Counted from the stretch's first letter, positions 41,143-51,925 are shown. The stretch is 64,000 nucleotides of DNA from a bacterium (GCA_963693055.1 OY843751.1:6240001-6304000); one strand, 5' to 3'. The notes: generated by a model from the sequence alone, not told the origin. A program made the numbers and translations.

Positions 41143-42408
41143 ATGCTGGATCTAAAATTTATCCGGGAGAATCCCGATGTTGTTAAAAAAGCAGTAAAAG
41201 ATAAACGTGAAAAAGCGGATATAGATGCTCTGTTGGCATTGGATGTGAAACGACGTGAGATGATAACCGAAACCGAAACCAAAAGAGCGCAGCAGAACAA
41301 GGTAACCCAACTGATTGCTGAACTGAAAAAGAACAAGCAAGATGCTACCGATGTAATCAAAGAGATGCGGGATTTATCTGACAGCATCAAAGCCCAGGCT
41401 GAAGAATTAAAAGATATAGAACAAAAGATACATGATATTCTGATATGGGTGCCTAATATTCCTCACGAAACAGTGCCTGTTGGTGGTGAGGCGGATAATG
41501 TAGAAGTGAAACGCTGGGGTGATATCCCTGACCTGGGATTCAAACCCCTGCCGCACCATGAAATTGCAGAAAAGCTGAATATTATTGATTTTAACCGCGC
41601 GTCTCGTATGTCCGGATCGTTTTTTGTCAGCTATCGCGGACTGGGCGCAAAGCTGGAACGAGCGTTGATCAATTTTATGATTGATCTGCATGTGGAAAAG
41701 CATGGATATACTGAAATTTTACCACCGTTTGTAGTTCGTCGGGATACCATGTTTGGTACCGGACAATTACCCAAGCTAGAAGAAGACATGTACCACGCAC
41801 AAGTCGATGATCTTTTCCTGATCCCCACTGCTGAAGTTCCGGTTACCAACCTGCACAGGGAAGAAATGCTGCAAGGAGAAGATTTGCCTATTAAATATAC
41901 CGCATATACCCCATGTTTCCGCCGTGAAGCAGGTGCCTATGGTAAAGACACCCGTGGATTAATGCGTATCCACCAATTCAACAAGGTAGAGATGGTTAAG
42001 TTTGTCAAACCTGAAACCTCTTATGATGAGCTTGAATCGCTGCTGGGTAATGCGGAAGAAGTATTGCAATTGTTAAAGCTGCCATACCGTGTATTGACAT
42101 TGGCTACAGGCGACTTGAGTTTTGCTGCAGCTAAATGTTATGATATTGAAGTCTGGGCCGCGGGCATTGAAAAGTGGCTCGAAGTATCATCATGCAGCAA
42201 TTTTGAAGATTTTCAATCAAGACGTGCCAACATTCGTATGCGTCGTGCAAAAGGAGACAAGCCCGAGTATCCGCATACACTGAACGGCTCCGGTCTTGCT
42301 TTGCCGCGTACCGTGATTGCAATCCTTGAAAATTATCAACAACCGGATGGCAGTATTGTTATTCCTGAGGTATTGAGAGATTATATGGGAACGGACAGGA
42401 TCGGTTAA
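41143..42408 (+). CDS. serS: Seryl-tRNA synthetase
   Basis: [29 protein letters not shown] and HTLNGSGLA motifs. Confidence 0.97.
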   Translation: MLDLKFIRENPDVVKKAVKDKREKADIDALLALDVKRREMITETETKRAQQNKVTQLIAELKKNKQDATDVIKEMRDLSDSIKAQAEELKDIEQKIHDILIWVPNIPHETVPVGGEADNVEVKRWGDIPDLGFKPLPHHEIAEKLNIIDFNRASRMSGSFFVSYRGLGAKLERALINFMIDLHVEKHGYTEILPPFVVRRDTMFGTGQLPKLEEDMYHAQVDDLFLIPTAEVPVTNLHREEMLQGEDLPIKYTAYTPCFRREAGAYGKDTRGLMRIHQFNKVEMVKFVKPETSYDELESLLGNAEEVLQLLKLPYRVLTLATGDLSFAAAKCYDIEVWAAGIEKWLEVSSCSNFEDFQSRRANIRMRRAKGDKPEYPHTLNGSGLALPRTVIAILENYQQPDGSIVIPEVLRDYMGTDRIG

Positions 42409-42414
42409 TATTTC

Positions 42415-42897
42415 ATGAGTGAAGCCAAATCTGCTGGTACTACAAAACGCATCGGCATAATATCTGACACACATGGCAGTTTGCCCAACATCGTCCACAA
42501 GCTGTTCAAAGATGTGGACCTGATTCTTCATGCCGGAGATGTGGGTAATTGGGATATTGTTATTGAATTGGAAACCATTGCACCGGTTTATGCTGTTTAT
42601 GGCAATGTGGATCCCGAAGATGTCAGACGTCGGTTGGTGTTTTTACGAGAAATACGGATAGATGGGTATACCTTAACACTAACTCATATGCCAACCAAAC
42701 TGGATGCGATTGAATACGATAAGGGATTGTTCCGTGTATTTGGACATACCCATTATGCTGAAATTTTGGGCAATGGAAAAGAATGGACCCTGAATCCTGG
42801 TTCTGTCAGTCACCCCCGAAGTAATAAGGGACCCAGTGTAATGATACTGACGTTGAATGGGGAAAGCGCCCCAAAACCTGAAATCATCTATTTATGA
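42415..42897 (+). CDS. Metallophosphoesterase (YfcE family)
   Basis: ISDTH, HAGD, GNVD, GHTH and NPGS motifs. Confidence 0.9.
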   Translation: MSEAKSAGTTKRIGIISDTHGSLPNIVHKLFKDVDLILHAGDVGNWDIVIELETIAPVYAVYGNVDPEDVRRRLVFLREIRIDGYTLTLTHMPTKLDAIEYDKGLFRVFGHTHYAEILGNGKEWTLNPGSVSHPRSNKGPSVMILTLNGESAPKPEIIYL

Positions 42898-42904
42898 GGT
42901 TAAA

Positions 42905-43714
42905 ATGCCATCATTTATTGATAAAGTAAAAAGCTGCATTGATAAACAAAATTCGTTGTTATGTGTAGGATTGGATACGGTACTTGAAAAGATACCGGAC
43001 CATTTGAAAAATGCTTCAGAGCCCTTGTTCGAATTCAACAAGGCTATAATCGACGCAACTGCAGAACACGCTGCTGCTTTCAAGGTAAATACAGCATTTT
43101 ATGAAGCGTATGGAGTGGAAGGATGGACAGCTTTAAAAAAGACGTTTGATTACCTCCCGGATAATGTTGTAAAAATAGCAGACGCAAAACGCGGAGATAT
43201 TGGCAATACGGCAAAAATGTACGCAAGATCTGTGTTTGATTATTTGAACGCGGATGCCGTCACGGTTAATGCGTATATGGGAAGTGATTCCGCAGCTCCG
43301 TTTCTGGAACATACGGAAAAAGGAGTGTTTTTTCTGTGCCTGACTTCGAATCCCGGTTCAAAGGATTTTCAATATTTCTCTGATGGTGATGAAAAACTGT
43401 ACGAAAAAATGGCCAGGACTGTTTATCGCTGGAACGATAAAAACAATTGTGGATTGGTTGTAGGCGCTACACATCCTGATGAATTGGCAGGAATACGCAA
43501 GATCGTTCCTTCGTTACCATTGTTGATACCTGGAATTGGTGCGCAAGGCGGCGATTTGGAAGCTTCTGTAAAGAACGGTACAGATGAAAACGGGTCAATG
43601 GCATTGTTCAACTCAAGCCGAGCTGTGATCTATGCCTCATCTGGAACTGATTTTGCTAAAGCCGCAGCTAAAGCTGCAATGGAAACACGAGACGCTTTAA
43701 ATGCGGCCCGTTAA
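42905..43714 (+). CDS. pyrF: Orotidine-5'-phosphate decarboxylase (type 2)
   Basis: LCVGLD, DAKRGDIGNT, LTSNPGS, PGIGAQGG and NSSR motifs. Confidence 0.95.
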   Translation: MPSFIDKVKSCIDKQNSLLCVGLDTVLEKIPDHLKNASEPLFEFNKAIIDATAEHAAAFKVNTAFYEAYGVEGWTALKKTFDYLPDNVVKIADAKRGDIGNTAKMYARSVFDYLNADAVTVNAYMGSDSAAPFLEHTEKGVFFLCLTSNPGSKDFQYFSDGDEKLYEKMARTVYRWNDKNNCGLVVGATHPDELAGIRKIVPSLPLLIPGIGAQGGDLEASVKNGTDENGSMALFNSSRAVIYASSGTDFAKAAAKAAMETRDALNAAR

Positions 43715-43735
43715 ACAAATTTGAAGGATTATTTT

Positions 43736-44314
43736 ATGGATAAAGATACAGCAATACAAATGTTCAAAGATTCCGGTGCTTTGTTGGAAGGTCATTTTAA
43801 ACTGACATCAGGACTTCACAGTCCTCAATATTTTCAATGTGCCAAAGTTTTACAGTATCCCGCTTATGCTGAGCGGCTCTGCCAGGTTATTGCAGATCAT
43901 TTCAAAGACCTGAATGTAGATTGTGTAATATCTCCCGCAATTGGCGGTATTGTTGCCGGTCAGGAAGTAGGCAGGTTATTGGGTAGACGTGCAATTTTTG
44001 CAGAGCGGCAAGAGGCCGAAATGGTTCTTCGTAGGGGCTTTGAGATAAATCCCGGTGAAAGAGTGTTGGCTGTTGAAGACGTGGTAACAACCGGTGGGTC
44101 TGTCAAAGAAGTGATCAAGCTTGCGCAGGATCTGGGTGCTGAGGTTGTTGGAGCTGCTTTTATTGTAGACAGAAGTAGCGGCAAAGCGGATTTTGATGTA
44201 CCGTTTTTCTCTGTTTTTGAAATGGATGTGGTTACCTATCAACCGGGTTCTTGTTCCTTGTGTGAGCAAGGATTAGACGTGGTTAAACCCGGAAGCCGAA
44301 AGGTGTTTAAATAG
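43736..44314 (+). CDS. pyrE: Orotate phosphoribosyltransferase
   Basis: GHFKLTSGLHS and VEDVVTTGGS (PRPP-binding) motifs; follows pyrF. Confidence 0.95.
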   Translation: MDKDTAIQMFKDSGALLEGHFKLTSGLHSPQYFQCAKVLQYPAYAERLCQVIADHFKDLNVDCVISPAIGGIVAGQEVGRLLGRRAIFAERQEAEMVLRRGFEINPGERVLAVEDVVTTGGSVKEVIKLAQDLGAEVVGAAFIVDRSSGKADFDVPFFSVFEMDVVTYQPGSCSLCEQGLDVVKPGSRKVFK

Positions 44315-44315
44315 T

Positions 44316-45263
44316 ATGGTATTGCTGGTTGTTTTATTCATTGTCGGTATCGGACTATTATATATAGGCGCAGAAGCTCTGGTTACCGGTTCTTCCAGTC
44401 TGGCGTTAAAGATTGGAATACGTCCTTTGATCATTGGTTTCACGATCGTCGCCATGGGCACATCGTCACCAGAGCTGGCAGTGAGTTTGCTTTCAGCCAT
44501 ACAAGGAACCAAAGATATTGCATTGGGCAATATTATTGGAAGCAATATTGCTAATATTGCCCTGGTAATTGGCGTTGCAGCGGTAATCCGTCCCTTGACG
44601 ATACAAATCAACACCATCAAACGAGAAATGCCGTATCTGATTCTTACAACGGTTTTGTTTTATGTGCTCAGTCTGGACAAGGTTTTGGATTATAAAGACG
44701 GATTGATACTGTTGGTTGGATTTATTCTTTTTATTGGCTATATGATCAGGTTGGCGCAAAAAGACAGAAATGCCGGCAGTGCGTTTTTTGATGATATTCC
44801 AACACATAAAAAACAGCGGGCACAATGGCTGAATATCGTTTACATTGTATTGGGACTGGCAGGATTAATAGGCGGTTCGACCATGATGGTCAATTCGGCC
44901 ACTCAGATTGCCGAGCAGTTGGGCGTACCTCCCATTATCATCGGCATGACATTGGTTGCGGTCGGAACATCTTTGCCTGAACTGGCCATCTCTTCTGTTG
45001 GTGCATATCGGGGTGAAGTTGATCTTGCTGTGGGGAATGCGGTTGGCAGCAACTTGTTTAATGTTTTATTTGTGATAGCAATTGTATCTATAATTTATCC
45101 CATTCCGGTAGAACCCTCATTACTAAAATTCGATTATCTTTTTATGCTGGGGCTTACCATCGCGTTTCTACCCATGATGATCAGTAAATTCAAGATCACC
45201 CGTTTAGAAGGGGTTTTACTGATCGTGGTTTATGGTGTATTTCTCTGGTTACAGTTTTCTTGA
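44316..45263 (+). CDS. Calcium/sodium antiporter (YrbG family)
   Basis: Two alpha repeats: GTSSPE..GNIIGSNIAN and GTSLPE..GNAVGSNLFN. Confidence 0.93.
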   Translation: MVLLVVLFIVGIGLLYIGAEALVTGSSSLALKIGIRPLIIGFTIVAMGTSSPELAVSLLSAIQGTKDIALGNIIGSNIANIALVIGVAAVIRPLTIQINTIKREMPYLILTTVLFYVLSLDKVLDYKDGLILLVGFILFIGYMIRLAQKDRNAGSAFFDDIPTHKKQRAQWLNIVYIVLGLAGLIGGSTMMVNSATQIAEQLGVPPIIIGMTLVAVGTSLPELAISSVGAYRGEVDLAVGNAVGSNLFNVLFVIAIVSIIYPIPVEPSLLKFDYLFMLGLTIAFLPMMISKFKITRLEGVLLIVVYGVFLWLQFS

Positions 45264-45393
45264 TTATTTGATATGTTTCAATAGCACAGCAACCACCACC
45301 CGGAGGATGCCCTGCTAATCTCACTTTGGTTTTTTAGATTTTAACTGTTTAAATTATTTCCACCAGAGCCTTCTTTAGAAAAGGGGTGTAATA

Positions 45394-46440
45394 ATGAATA
45401 AATATGCATACATGTTGATTTTGTTGGTAGTAGTTACCGCTAATAGTAACGCGCAATATCAGCGGGTCAATCTTGATATTCCCAAAGGTGAATGCCGGAT
45501 ACCTTTGGAAAGACAGGGCAATACTGACTGGTTCAGTGAGGCCGGATGGGGCGTGTTTGTTCATTTTTTATATGACTGCCAGTGTGTAGGCACCCGTATC
45601 TCCAATACGGAACAGAGTACCTCCTGGAATGAATGTGTAAACAATTTTGATACAGAACAATTTGCGACTGACATTGCATCAACAGGGGCCCGATATGTGA
45701 TTTTTACCATGATGCAGAGAACACGCTATCTAATCGCTCCCAACGATACCTATAACAAACTGACCGGTTATAAACCCGGAGAAGCCTGTTCAGAACGTGA
45801 TCTGGTGCTGGATTTGATTGAATCCCTTGAAAAGTATGATATAACATTAATGCTCTACTGGACTGGTGATGGTCCGCGACAGGACAAGCAGGCCTCAGAC
45901 GGTTTGGGGGGCTGGAATGGTAAAGTAACCGACGAATATGTTCAAAATTGGGCGGATGTTGTTAAAGAATATGGTGAGCGATATAAAGATAAAGTCGCAG
46001 GCTGGTGGGTAGATGGTTGTTACGATCATCTTGATTATAATCAAAAACGATGGACTATACTTGCAAAGGCCCTACGTGCGGGAAATCCCAAACGCATTAT
46101 AGCATTAAACAATCCAACCATGCAGCATGCAAATTCTTCAACACTTGAAGATGATTTCACCACAGGTGAAAACAACGAGTTTGGCGAAATTCCTGAATCA
46201 CGCTGGGTAGATGGCGTACAGTGGCATACACTTTCCTATCTTGGCAAACAATGGTGTGATGCAGGATTGCGGTATGACCGTGACTGGCTGGCGGATTATG
46301 TATTCAAGTGCAACAGCGTTGGTGGCGTGGTTTCCATAGATGTTTTATTGTTTAGCGATGGTTCAATCGAACGTTCGCATCTTGTAGCTTTGCAGGGAAT
46401 GAACCGGCGTTTGATTGTGATGAAAAATGAAGAAAAATAG
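45394..46440 (+). CDS. Secreted alpha-L-fucosidase-like glycoside hydrolase (GH29-related)
   Basis: Signal peptide; WFSEAGWGVFVHF, GARYVIFT and GWWVDG motifs. Confidence 0.7.
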   Translation: MNKYAYMLILLVVVTANSNAQYQRVNLDIPKGECRIPLERQGNTDWFSEAGWGVFVHFLYDCQCVGTRISNTEQSTSWNECVNNFDTEQFATDIASTGARYVIFTMMQRTRYLIAPNDTYNKLTGYKPGEACSERDLVLDLIESLEKYDITLMLYWTGDGPRQDKQASDGLGGWNGKVTDEYVQNWADVVKEYGERYKDKVAGWWVDGCYDHLDYNQKRWTILAKALRAGNPKRIIALNNPTMQHANSSTLEDDFTTGENNEFGEIPESRWVDGVQWHTLSYLGKQWCDAGLRYDRDWLADYVFKCNSVGGVVSIDVLLFSDGSIERSHLVALQGMNRRLIVMKNEEK

Positions 46441-46559
46441 CAATTTTGTAAAGTAATTAATTGTAAGGGATTTCGATTTTTTTTGTAACAAATATAATTT
46501 AAATTAGTATAATTGTGAGATAAAAATTTAATTGGTTATTACAAAGGAGAATGTTTTTT

Positions 46560-46691
46560 ATGCGTAATAGAATAGAGAGTGTGAGATATCTTTTAGGAGA
46601 AAAATTCAATAAATTTAACAATCGAATATTTTTACCTGGAGATAAAAATGTCAAATTTACAGGAACAACAAATAAAGGACATACACACTAG
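46560..46691 (+). CDS. Putative 43-aa upstream ORF overlapping the rsgA start
   Basis: AAAGGAGA RBS, ATG at 46560, TAG at 46689-46691; TATAAT at 46508-46513. Confidence 0.3.
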   Translation: MRNRIESVRYLLGEKFNKFNNRIFLPGDKNVKFTGTTNKGHTH

Positions 46692-47799
46692 TTCTAATAC
46701 AAATAATACAGAATCTGAAAATAGTTTATCAGAAACTTTGCTTGAAAAATTGGGTTATGACGAGTGGATTCAATCCAATAGCAAAGAATATATTAAAGAC
46801 AATTTTAAAATTGCGCGTGTTATCAAAGTAAACAAGAATAATTATAATGTCAGTAATGGCAGTAATGAAATGTTTGCCGAGTTGTCGGGCAAATTTTTAT
46901 TCAATATTGAAAGCAGTGTTGATTACCCTACAGTCGGTGACTGGGTGGTTGTACAATGTTTTGATGATGATTCTCTGGCAATTATACATCATGTGTTACC
47001 TCGTAAATCGTTATTAAAGCGTAAAGATCCCGGAAAAGCTGTAGAATTTCAATTAATAGCAGCCAACATTGATTATGCGTTTATCATGCAATCTGTTGAT
47101 TTGAATTTCAATTTGAACCGATTGGAGAGGTATTTTGTTATGGCCAGTGAAAGCAAAATACAGCCAATCATTATTCTGAGTAAAATTGATTTAATTTCCG
47201 AGGATGAACTTGGTGAAATCAAGGAAAAGATTCAACGTTTTAGTGATAAATACTTGTTTTTACCCATCAGTAACGTAAACGATGATGGCATTGAATCATT
47301 GCGGAAAGCGCTTCAAGCCGGCAAAACCTATTGTCTATTAGGTTCCTCCGGTGTTGGCAAGACCACATTGCTAAACAATTTGTTGGGTGAACAGCAGTTC
47401 AGAGTAAGCGAGATCAGAGAAAAAGACAGCAAAGGCAGGCATACAACCGTAAGAAGGGAGCTAGTCTCACTGGATTCCGGAAGTATTTTTATTGACACGC
47501 CAGGCATGAGAGAACTCGAAAACTTTGGTGTTGATACCGGCCTTGAAGAAACATTTGATGAATTGGTTGCTTTTGCAAGTGGGTGCCGCTTTAAAGACTG
47601 CACCCATGTGCATGAAGATGGATGTGCCGTAAAAGAAGCGGTTGAGCAGGGACAGATCGATGAAGAGAGATACAACAACTATCTCAAGATCCGGAAAGAA
47701 GCGGCATTTTATAATATGACATATCTTGAAAAACGAAAGCGGGACAAGTCGTTCGGCAAAATGGTCAAAGATTATAAAAAATCGATTCGGAAAAAATAA
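46648..47799 (+). CDS. rsgA: Ribosome small subunit-dependent GTPase A
   Basis: VGDWV, IAANID, SKIDL, GSSGVGKT, GRHTT and DTPGMRE motifs; C-terminal CRFKDCTH.HE.GC zinc finger. Confidence 0.95.
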   Translation: MSNLQEQQIKDIHTSSNTNNTESENSLSETLLEKLGYDEWIQSNSKEYIKDNFKIARVIKVNKNNYNVSNGSNEMFAELSGKFLFNIESSVDYPTVGDWVVVQCFDDDSLAIIHHVLPRKSLLKRKDPGKAVEFQLIAANIDYAFIMQSVDLNFNLNRLERYFVMASESKIQPIIILSKIDLISEDELGEIKEKIQRFSDKYLFLPISNVNDDGIESLRKALQAGKTYCLLGSSGVGKTTLLNNLLGEQQFRVSEIREKDSKGRHTTVRRELVSLDSGSIFIDTPGMRELENFGVDTGLEETFDELVAFASGCRFKDCTHVHEDGCAVKEAVEQGQIDEERYNNYLKIRKEAAFYNMTYLEKRKRDKSFGKMVKDYKKSIRKK

Positions 47800-47944
47800 G
47801 TAATTTGGGTAATGTTTTGATATGAATTAGGGTGAGCACGAAAAGTGTTTGCCCTTTTTTTATAAGGGGTTTTGTTGCATGTATTTGCCGGGCAAATTTG
47901 ATATTATTACAATGGAATCATATCAATCTAAACTGAATAGTAAT

Positions 47945-47973
47945 AAAAAAAGCCCTTCAATTGAAGGGCTTTT
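47945..47973. terminator. Bidirectional terminator
   Basis: Perfect palindrome AAAAGCCCTTCAA / TTGAAGGGCTTTT between convergent rsgA and the sigma gene. Confidence 0.85.
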
Positions 47974-47975
47974 AA

Positions 47976-48863
47976 TTAACCTAAATATTTTCTCAACGGA
48001 TCAAGCCGCGAGCGGTGACGCAGGCGTCGTAATGCTTTTTCTTTGATCTGGCGAACACGTTCACGTGTCAGTTCAAAATATTCGCCAATCTCTTCGAGTG
48101 TAAGGGGTCTGTCTCCGTCCAAACCGAAATAGAGTTTAACGATTTCAGCTTCTCTGGATTTTAATGTAGACAATACTTTTTCAATTTCTTCGCGAAGAGA
48201 CGCGCGCATCAGCTTGCCATCCGGGGGTTCATATCTATCACTTTCCAATACATCGAGCAAACTGTTACCTTCGTCTTCTTTGAAAGGTTCGTCAAGAGAG
48301 AGGTGACGAGCGGATGTTTTTAAAACATCTGCAACTTCCAGGGAAGACATTTCCATTCTACCTGCTATTTCATCCATGCTGGGTTCGCGCCCGAATTTTT
48401 TCTCCAAATCTTCCAGAGCCCTGCCGACTTTATTTATTGCTCCTACTCTATTGAGGGGCAAACGCACAACGCGTGATTGTTCGGCCAACGCCTGAAGAAT
48501 GGACTGACGAATCCACCATACAGCATACGAGATGAATTTGAATCCACGGGTTTCATCAAATCTTTGCGCTGCTTTAATTAATCCAAGGTTACCTTCGCTG
48601 ATCAGATCCTGTAACGGCAGACCCTGTCCTTGGTATTCCTTGGCAACGCTTATGACGAAACGAAGATTGGCTTTAACCAATTCTTCAAGTGCGGATTCAT
48701 CTCCCTGACGAATTCTACCTGCCAGGGAAATTTCCTGTTCCGGAGGAAGAGGTGAAAAGTTACCAATTTCTTCAAGGTACTTTTCAATAGATTCTTTGGT
48801 ACGAACTTCTTTTTCTTTAACTTTTTTGTTTTTTACCGCTTTTTTGGTGATTTCTTGTTCCAA
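47976..48863 (-). CDS. RNA polymerase sigma-70 factor, short RpoD/SigA type lacking region 1.1
   Basis: ANLRFVISVAK, FDETRGFKFISYAVWWIRQSI and LTRERVRQIKEKALRRL motifs. Confidence 0.93.
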   Translation of the reverse strand: MEQEITKKAVKNKKVKEKEVRTKESIEKYLEEIGNFSPLPPEQEISLAGRIRQGDESALEELVKANLRFVISVAKEYQGQGLPLQDLISEGNLGLIKAAQRFDETRGFKFISYAVWWIRQSILQALAEQSRVVRLPLNRVGAINKVGRALEDLEKKFGREPSMDEIAGRMEMSSLEVADVLKTSARHLSLDEPFKEDEGNSLLDVLESDRYEPPDGKLMRASLREEIEKVLSTLKSREAEIVKLYFGLDGDRPLTLEEIGEYFELTRERVRQIKEKALRRLRHRSRLDPLRKYLG

Positions 48864-49037
48864 CGATCTTTTCCTTTAGAGGTTCATAATAAACAACTCT
48901 GGCCTGGTTCTAAACGAATCCGGTCGGTCATTGGTTTTAACAAATATTTATTTCTAAAAATTCAATAGATTGATAGAAATTTTCGTTATGATCCAAAATT
49001 GTTGACACATAACGACGCAGAGATACAGACATCGTCT

Positions 49038-49082
49038 AATTTATTACTTTTTATTGACAAAGTCAAGTACTCTTGTTATTAT
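49038..49082. promoter_or_regulatory. Overlapping divergent sigma-70-like promoters
   Basis: Plus strand: TTGACA (49054-59), 17 nt, TGnTATTAT (-10 box 49077-82). Minus strand: TTGACT (49066-61), 17 nt, TAAATT (49043-38). Confidence 0.55.
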
Positions 49083-49116
49083 ATAATATTAAATACGCTA
49101 ATTGCGTAAAGTTCCA

Positions 49117-50559
49117 TTATTTTTTCCAGAATTCCGGAATAATGAGGATTAATATGGTATATAATTCCAGTCTTCCTAATAACATGAAAAATGACAATAC
49201 CCATTTACCAAACATAGGTACATACGCGTAATGATCGGTCGGCCCTACCATTCCTAATCCCGGGCCAATATTACCCAGGGTTGCAGCCACACTGGAAGTT
49301 GCAGTTATCAGATCGAGGCCCAGCAGAGCCATAATAACTGAACCAGTGGTAAAGATGAGCATGTAAATGAGGAAAAATCCTAAAACATTGGTAACTACAT
49401 CGGGCTGAATGACCCTGCCACCCAGTCGAAGCGGCATAAATGCGTTCGGGTGTAGCAGTTTTTTAATTTCGTTCACACCTTGTTTCAATACAATCATGAT
49501 GCGGATCATTTTAATTGAGCCCCCTGTAGACCCCGCACATCCGCCCATAAACATAAGTATAAGCATGATCAATTGTCCGCCACCTGACCACTGTTCAAAG
49601 TCGTGTGTACCATAACCGGTTGTTGTGGTTATAGAGACAACCTGAAATATTGCGCCGCGAAAAGCATGACCAATACTTGAATATCCGCTGAAATAGACCA
49701 CAATCGTTACAATAACAGTTATCAACACTGTGAATTTGAGATAAAACAGAAATTCCCGGTCTTTCCAATAGGCTTTAAAGTTGCCCTTTAATACGGCGTA
49801 ATGCAGACTGAAATTGGTTCCTGCCAGGAACATGAAAATGATGATAATGGTTTCGATATATATACTGTTATAATGACCTATACTGGCATTTTTTGTGGAA
49901 AATCCTCCGGTTGCCATGGTACCGAATGTGTGGCAAAGCGAGTCAAATAGATCCATTCCCCCAAACATGAGCAAAACGGTTTCAATCGCAGACAAGAGCA
50001 GGTAAACCACCCACAATATTTTGGCGGTTTCTTTGATACGTGGACTTAACTTGTCCGGAGTTGGTCCCGGCACTTCGGCTTTGAATAACTGCATTCCACC
50101 GACACCCAAAATGGGAAGTATGGCTATAGAGAGCACAATGATGCCCATTCCACCCAGCCAGTGGGTAAGACTGCGCCAAAACAAAATACCATGCGGCATG
50201 GATTCAATATCGGTAAGAATACTTGCCCCGGTGGTAGTAAATCCGGACATGGTTTCGAAAAATGCATCGGTATAGGAGGGGATAGCACCAGACAGATAAA
50301 AAGGGATAGCGCCAAAGATAGCCAGGGTAGTCCAACCAAAACCTACAATGGCAAATCCTTCACGAATTCTCAAGTCACCACGTGTACGGGTGAAAAAATA
50401 CAAAATCCCACCTACTCCAACGCTGATCAGAATAGAAATTATAAATGCGGTGGCATCATGATCGTGATAATACAGGGAAAAGCCCAAAGGAGGAAGCAGA
50501 GATAGCCCCTCAAAAACCAGCAATGCGCTCAAAACATGCAATACGGCTTTATAATTCAT
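49117..50559 (-). CDS. trkH: Trk system potassium uptake protein TrkH
   Basis: FFETMSGFTTTGAS, WLGGMGI, ATGGFS, TTTGY, GGCAGSTGGSIK and GNIGPG motifs. Confidence 0.95.
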   Translation of the reverse strand: MNYKAVLHVLSALLVFEGLSLLPPLGFSLYYHDHDATAFIISILISVGVGGILYFFTRTRGDLRIREGFAIVGFGWTTLAIFGAIPFYLSGAIPSYTDAFFETMSGFTTTGASILTDIESMPHGILFWRSLTHWLGGMGIIVLSIAILPILGVGGMQLFKAEVPGPTPDKLSPRIKETAKILWVVYLLLSAIETVLLMFGGMDLFDSLCHTFGTMATGGFSTKNASIGHYNSIYIETIIIIFMFLAGTNFSLHYAVLKGNFKAYWKDREFLFYLKFTVLITVIVTIVVYFSGYSSIGHAFRGAIFQVVSITTTTGYGTHDFEQWSGGGQLIMLILMFMGGCAGSTGGSIKMIRIMIVLKQGVNEIKKLLHPNAFMPLRLGGRVIQPDVVTNVLGFFLIYMLIFTTGSVIMALLGLDLITATSSVAATLGNIGPGLGMVGPTDHYAYVPMFGKWVLSFFMLLGRLELYTILILIIPEFWKK

Positions 50560-50575
50560 TATCAGGTACCTTTTA

Positions 50576-51925
50576 TTAGCCGAATAATTTTTCTACGGTT
50601 TTGACCATTTTGGGTAGAGAGAAAATGATCAAATTATCATCGGGTTCAAGTCTGGAATCACCGGTAGGTACAAATACTGTGCCGTTGCGCATGATCAGTC
50701 CAATAATAATGTCTCGTGGTATCTTGCATTGTTTGACAGTTTTATTGGCAATTTTGGACTTTTTACCCACATTTATTTCAAACACTTCGGCTTCAATGCC
50801 TCTCAAAGTTGCAAAAGAGATGATATTGCCTCGTCTGATAAATCGTAAAATTGCATTTGCAGTGATCATCTGCTGGTCTACTGCCGCATCCAGGCCAATG
50901 GAAGACATGACCGGCATATAATCTGAACGATTTACCAGGGCCAAAGTACGCTTTACTCCCAGATGTTTTGCCAGCAGGCACGAGATAATGTTTGTCTCTT
51001 CGTCGTTGGTTACGGCAATGTAACCATCCATGTCCATTATGCCCTCTGTTGCCAACAGGTCAATGTCGGTTCCGTCACCCATAATAATCAGGGTTCTTTG
51101 CACGGCTTGGGCAATTTTTTCGGATTTTGCTCTGCTGCTTTCTATCAATTTTATAGTAAGATGACGGTCTTTTTCCATTTCGGCGGCCACCATTCTGCCA
51201 ACCATACCGCCGCCTAGAATCATCAGGTTTTCCATTTTTTCTTCACTTTTGCCAGCTAACGACAAAATCTGGGGTACGCGGCTGGTTTCTGTTATAAAGA
51301 ACAACTGGTCGCCTTTATTTACAACATCATTCCCGGTAGGGATGATGGTTTTCTGGTTGCCTCTAAAGATGGCAACAACACGGAATACGGCATCCGGATA
51401 TTGTTCGGTGATCTGTTGAAAGGATTTGTTCAAAATAGGAGAATTCCGGTCAATTCTCAAGCCGATCAATTGAATTCTACCTTCGGCAAATTCTACAACA
51501 TCTGTGGCGGCTGTTCGTTTGATGAGCCATACCAACTCTCGAGCAGTTTCTTCTTCCGGATGAATTATGTAATCGATGCCCATATCTTCTTTTTTAAGGA
51601 TGGCATTGGGGTCACTATAAGCGGTATTGCGAAGTCTGGCAATTTTGGTTTTGACTCCGGCTTTGGCGGCAATCATGCAGGCGAGAACGTTAACCTCGTC
51701 TACAGCGGTAACTGCAATGATCATATCACTGCTTTCCAGGCCGCCTTTTTTCAGAATTTCCTGGTCGGAACCATTTCCCTCAAGCACCAGGGCATCCAAA
51801 AGATCGTTGGCTTTTTTGCAAACATCAGAGTTCGAGTCGATAACAGTTATATCGTGGTTTTCAGCGGACAAGATTTTTCCCAGGTGCAAACCCACCTGGC
51901 CCGCGCCTACGATAAGTATTTTCAT
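50576..51925 (-). CDS. trkA: Trk system potassium transport regulator TrkA
   Basis: Two Rossmann motifs (GAGQVG, GGGMVG) with TrkA-C domains. Confidence 0.95.
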   Translation of the reverse strand: MKILIVGAGQVGLHLGKILSAENHDITVIDSNSDVCKKANDLLDALVLEGNGSDQEILKKGGLESSDMIIAVTAVDEVNVLACMIAAKAGVKTKIARLRNTAYSDPNAILKKEDMGIDYIIHPEEETARELVWLIKRTAATDVVEFAEGRIQLIGLRIDRNSPILNKSFQQITEQYPDAVFRVVAIFRGNQKTIIPTGNDVVNKGDQLFFITETSRVPQILSLAGKSEEKMENLMILGGGMVGRMVAAEMEKDRHLTIKLIESSRAKSEKIAQAVQRTLIIMGDGTDIDLLATEGIMDMDGYIAVTNDEETNIISCLLAKHLGVKRTLALVNRSDYMPVMSSIGLDAAVDQQMITANAILRFIRRGNIISFATLRGIEAEVFEINVGKKSKIANKTVKQCKIPRDIIIGLIMRNGTVFVPTGDSRLEPDDNLIIFSLPKMVKTVEKLFG

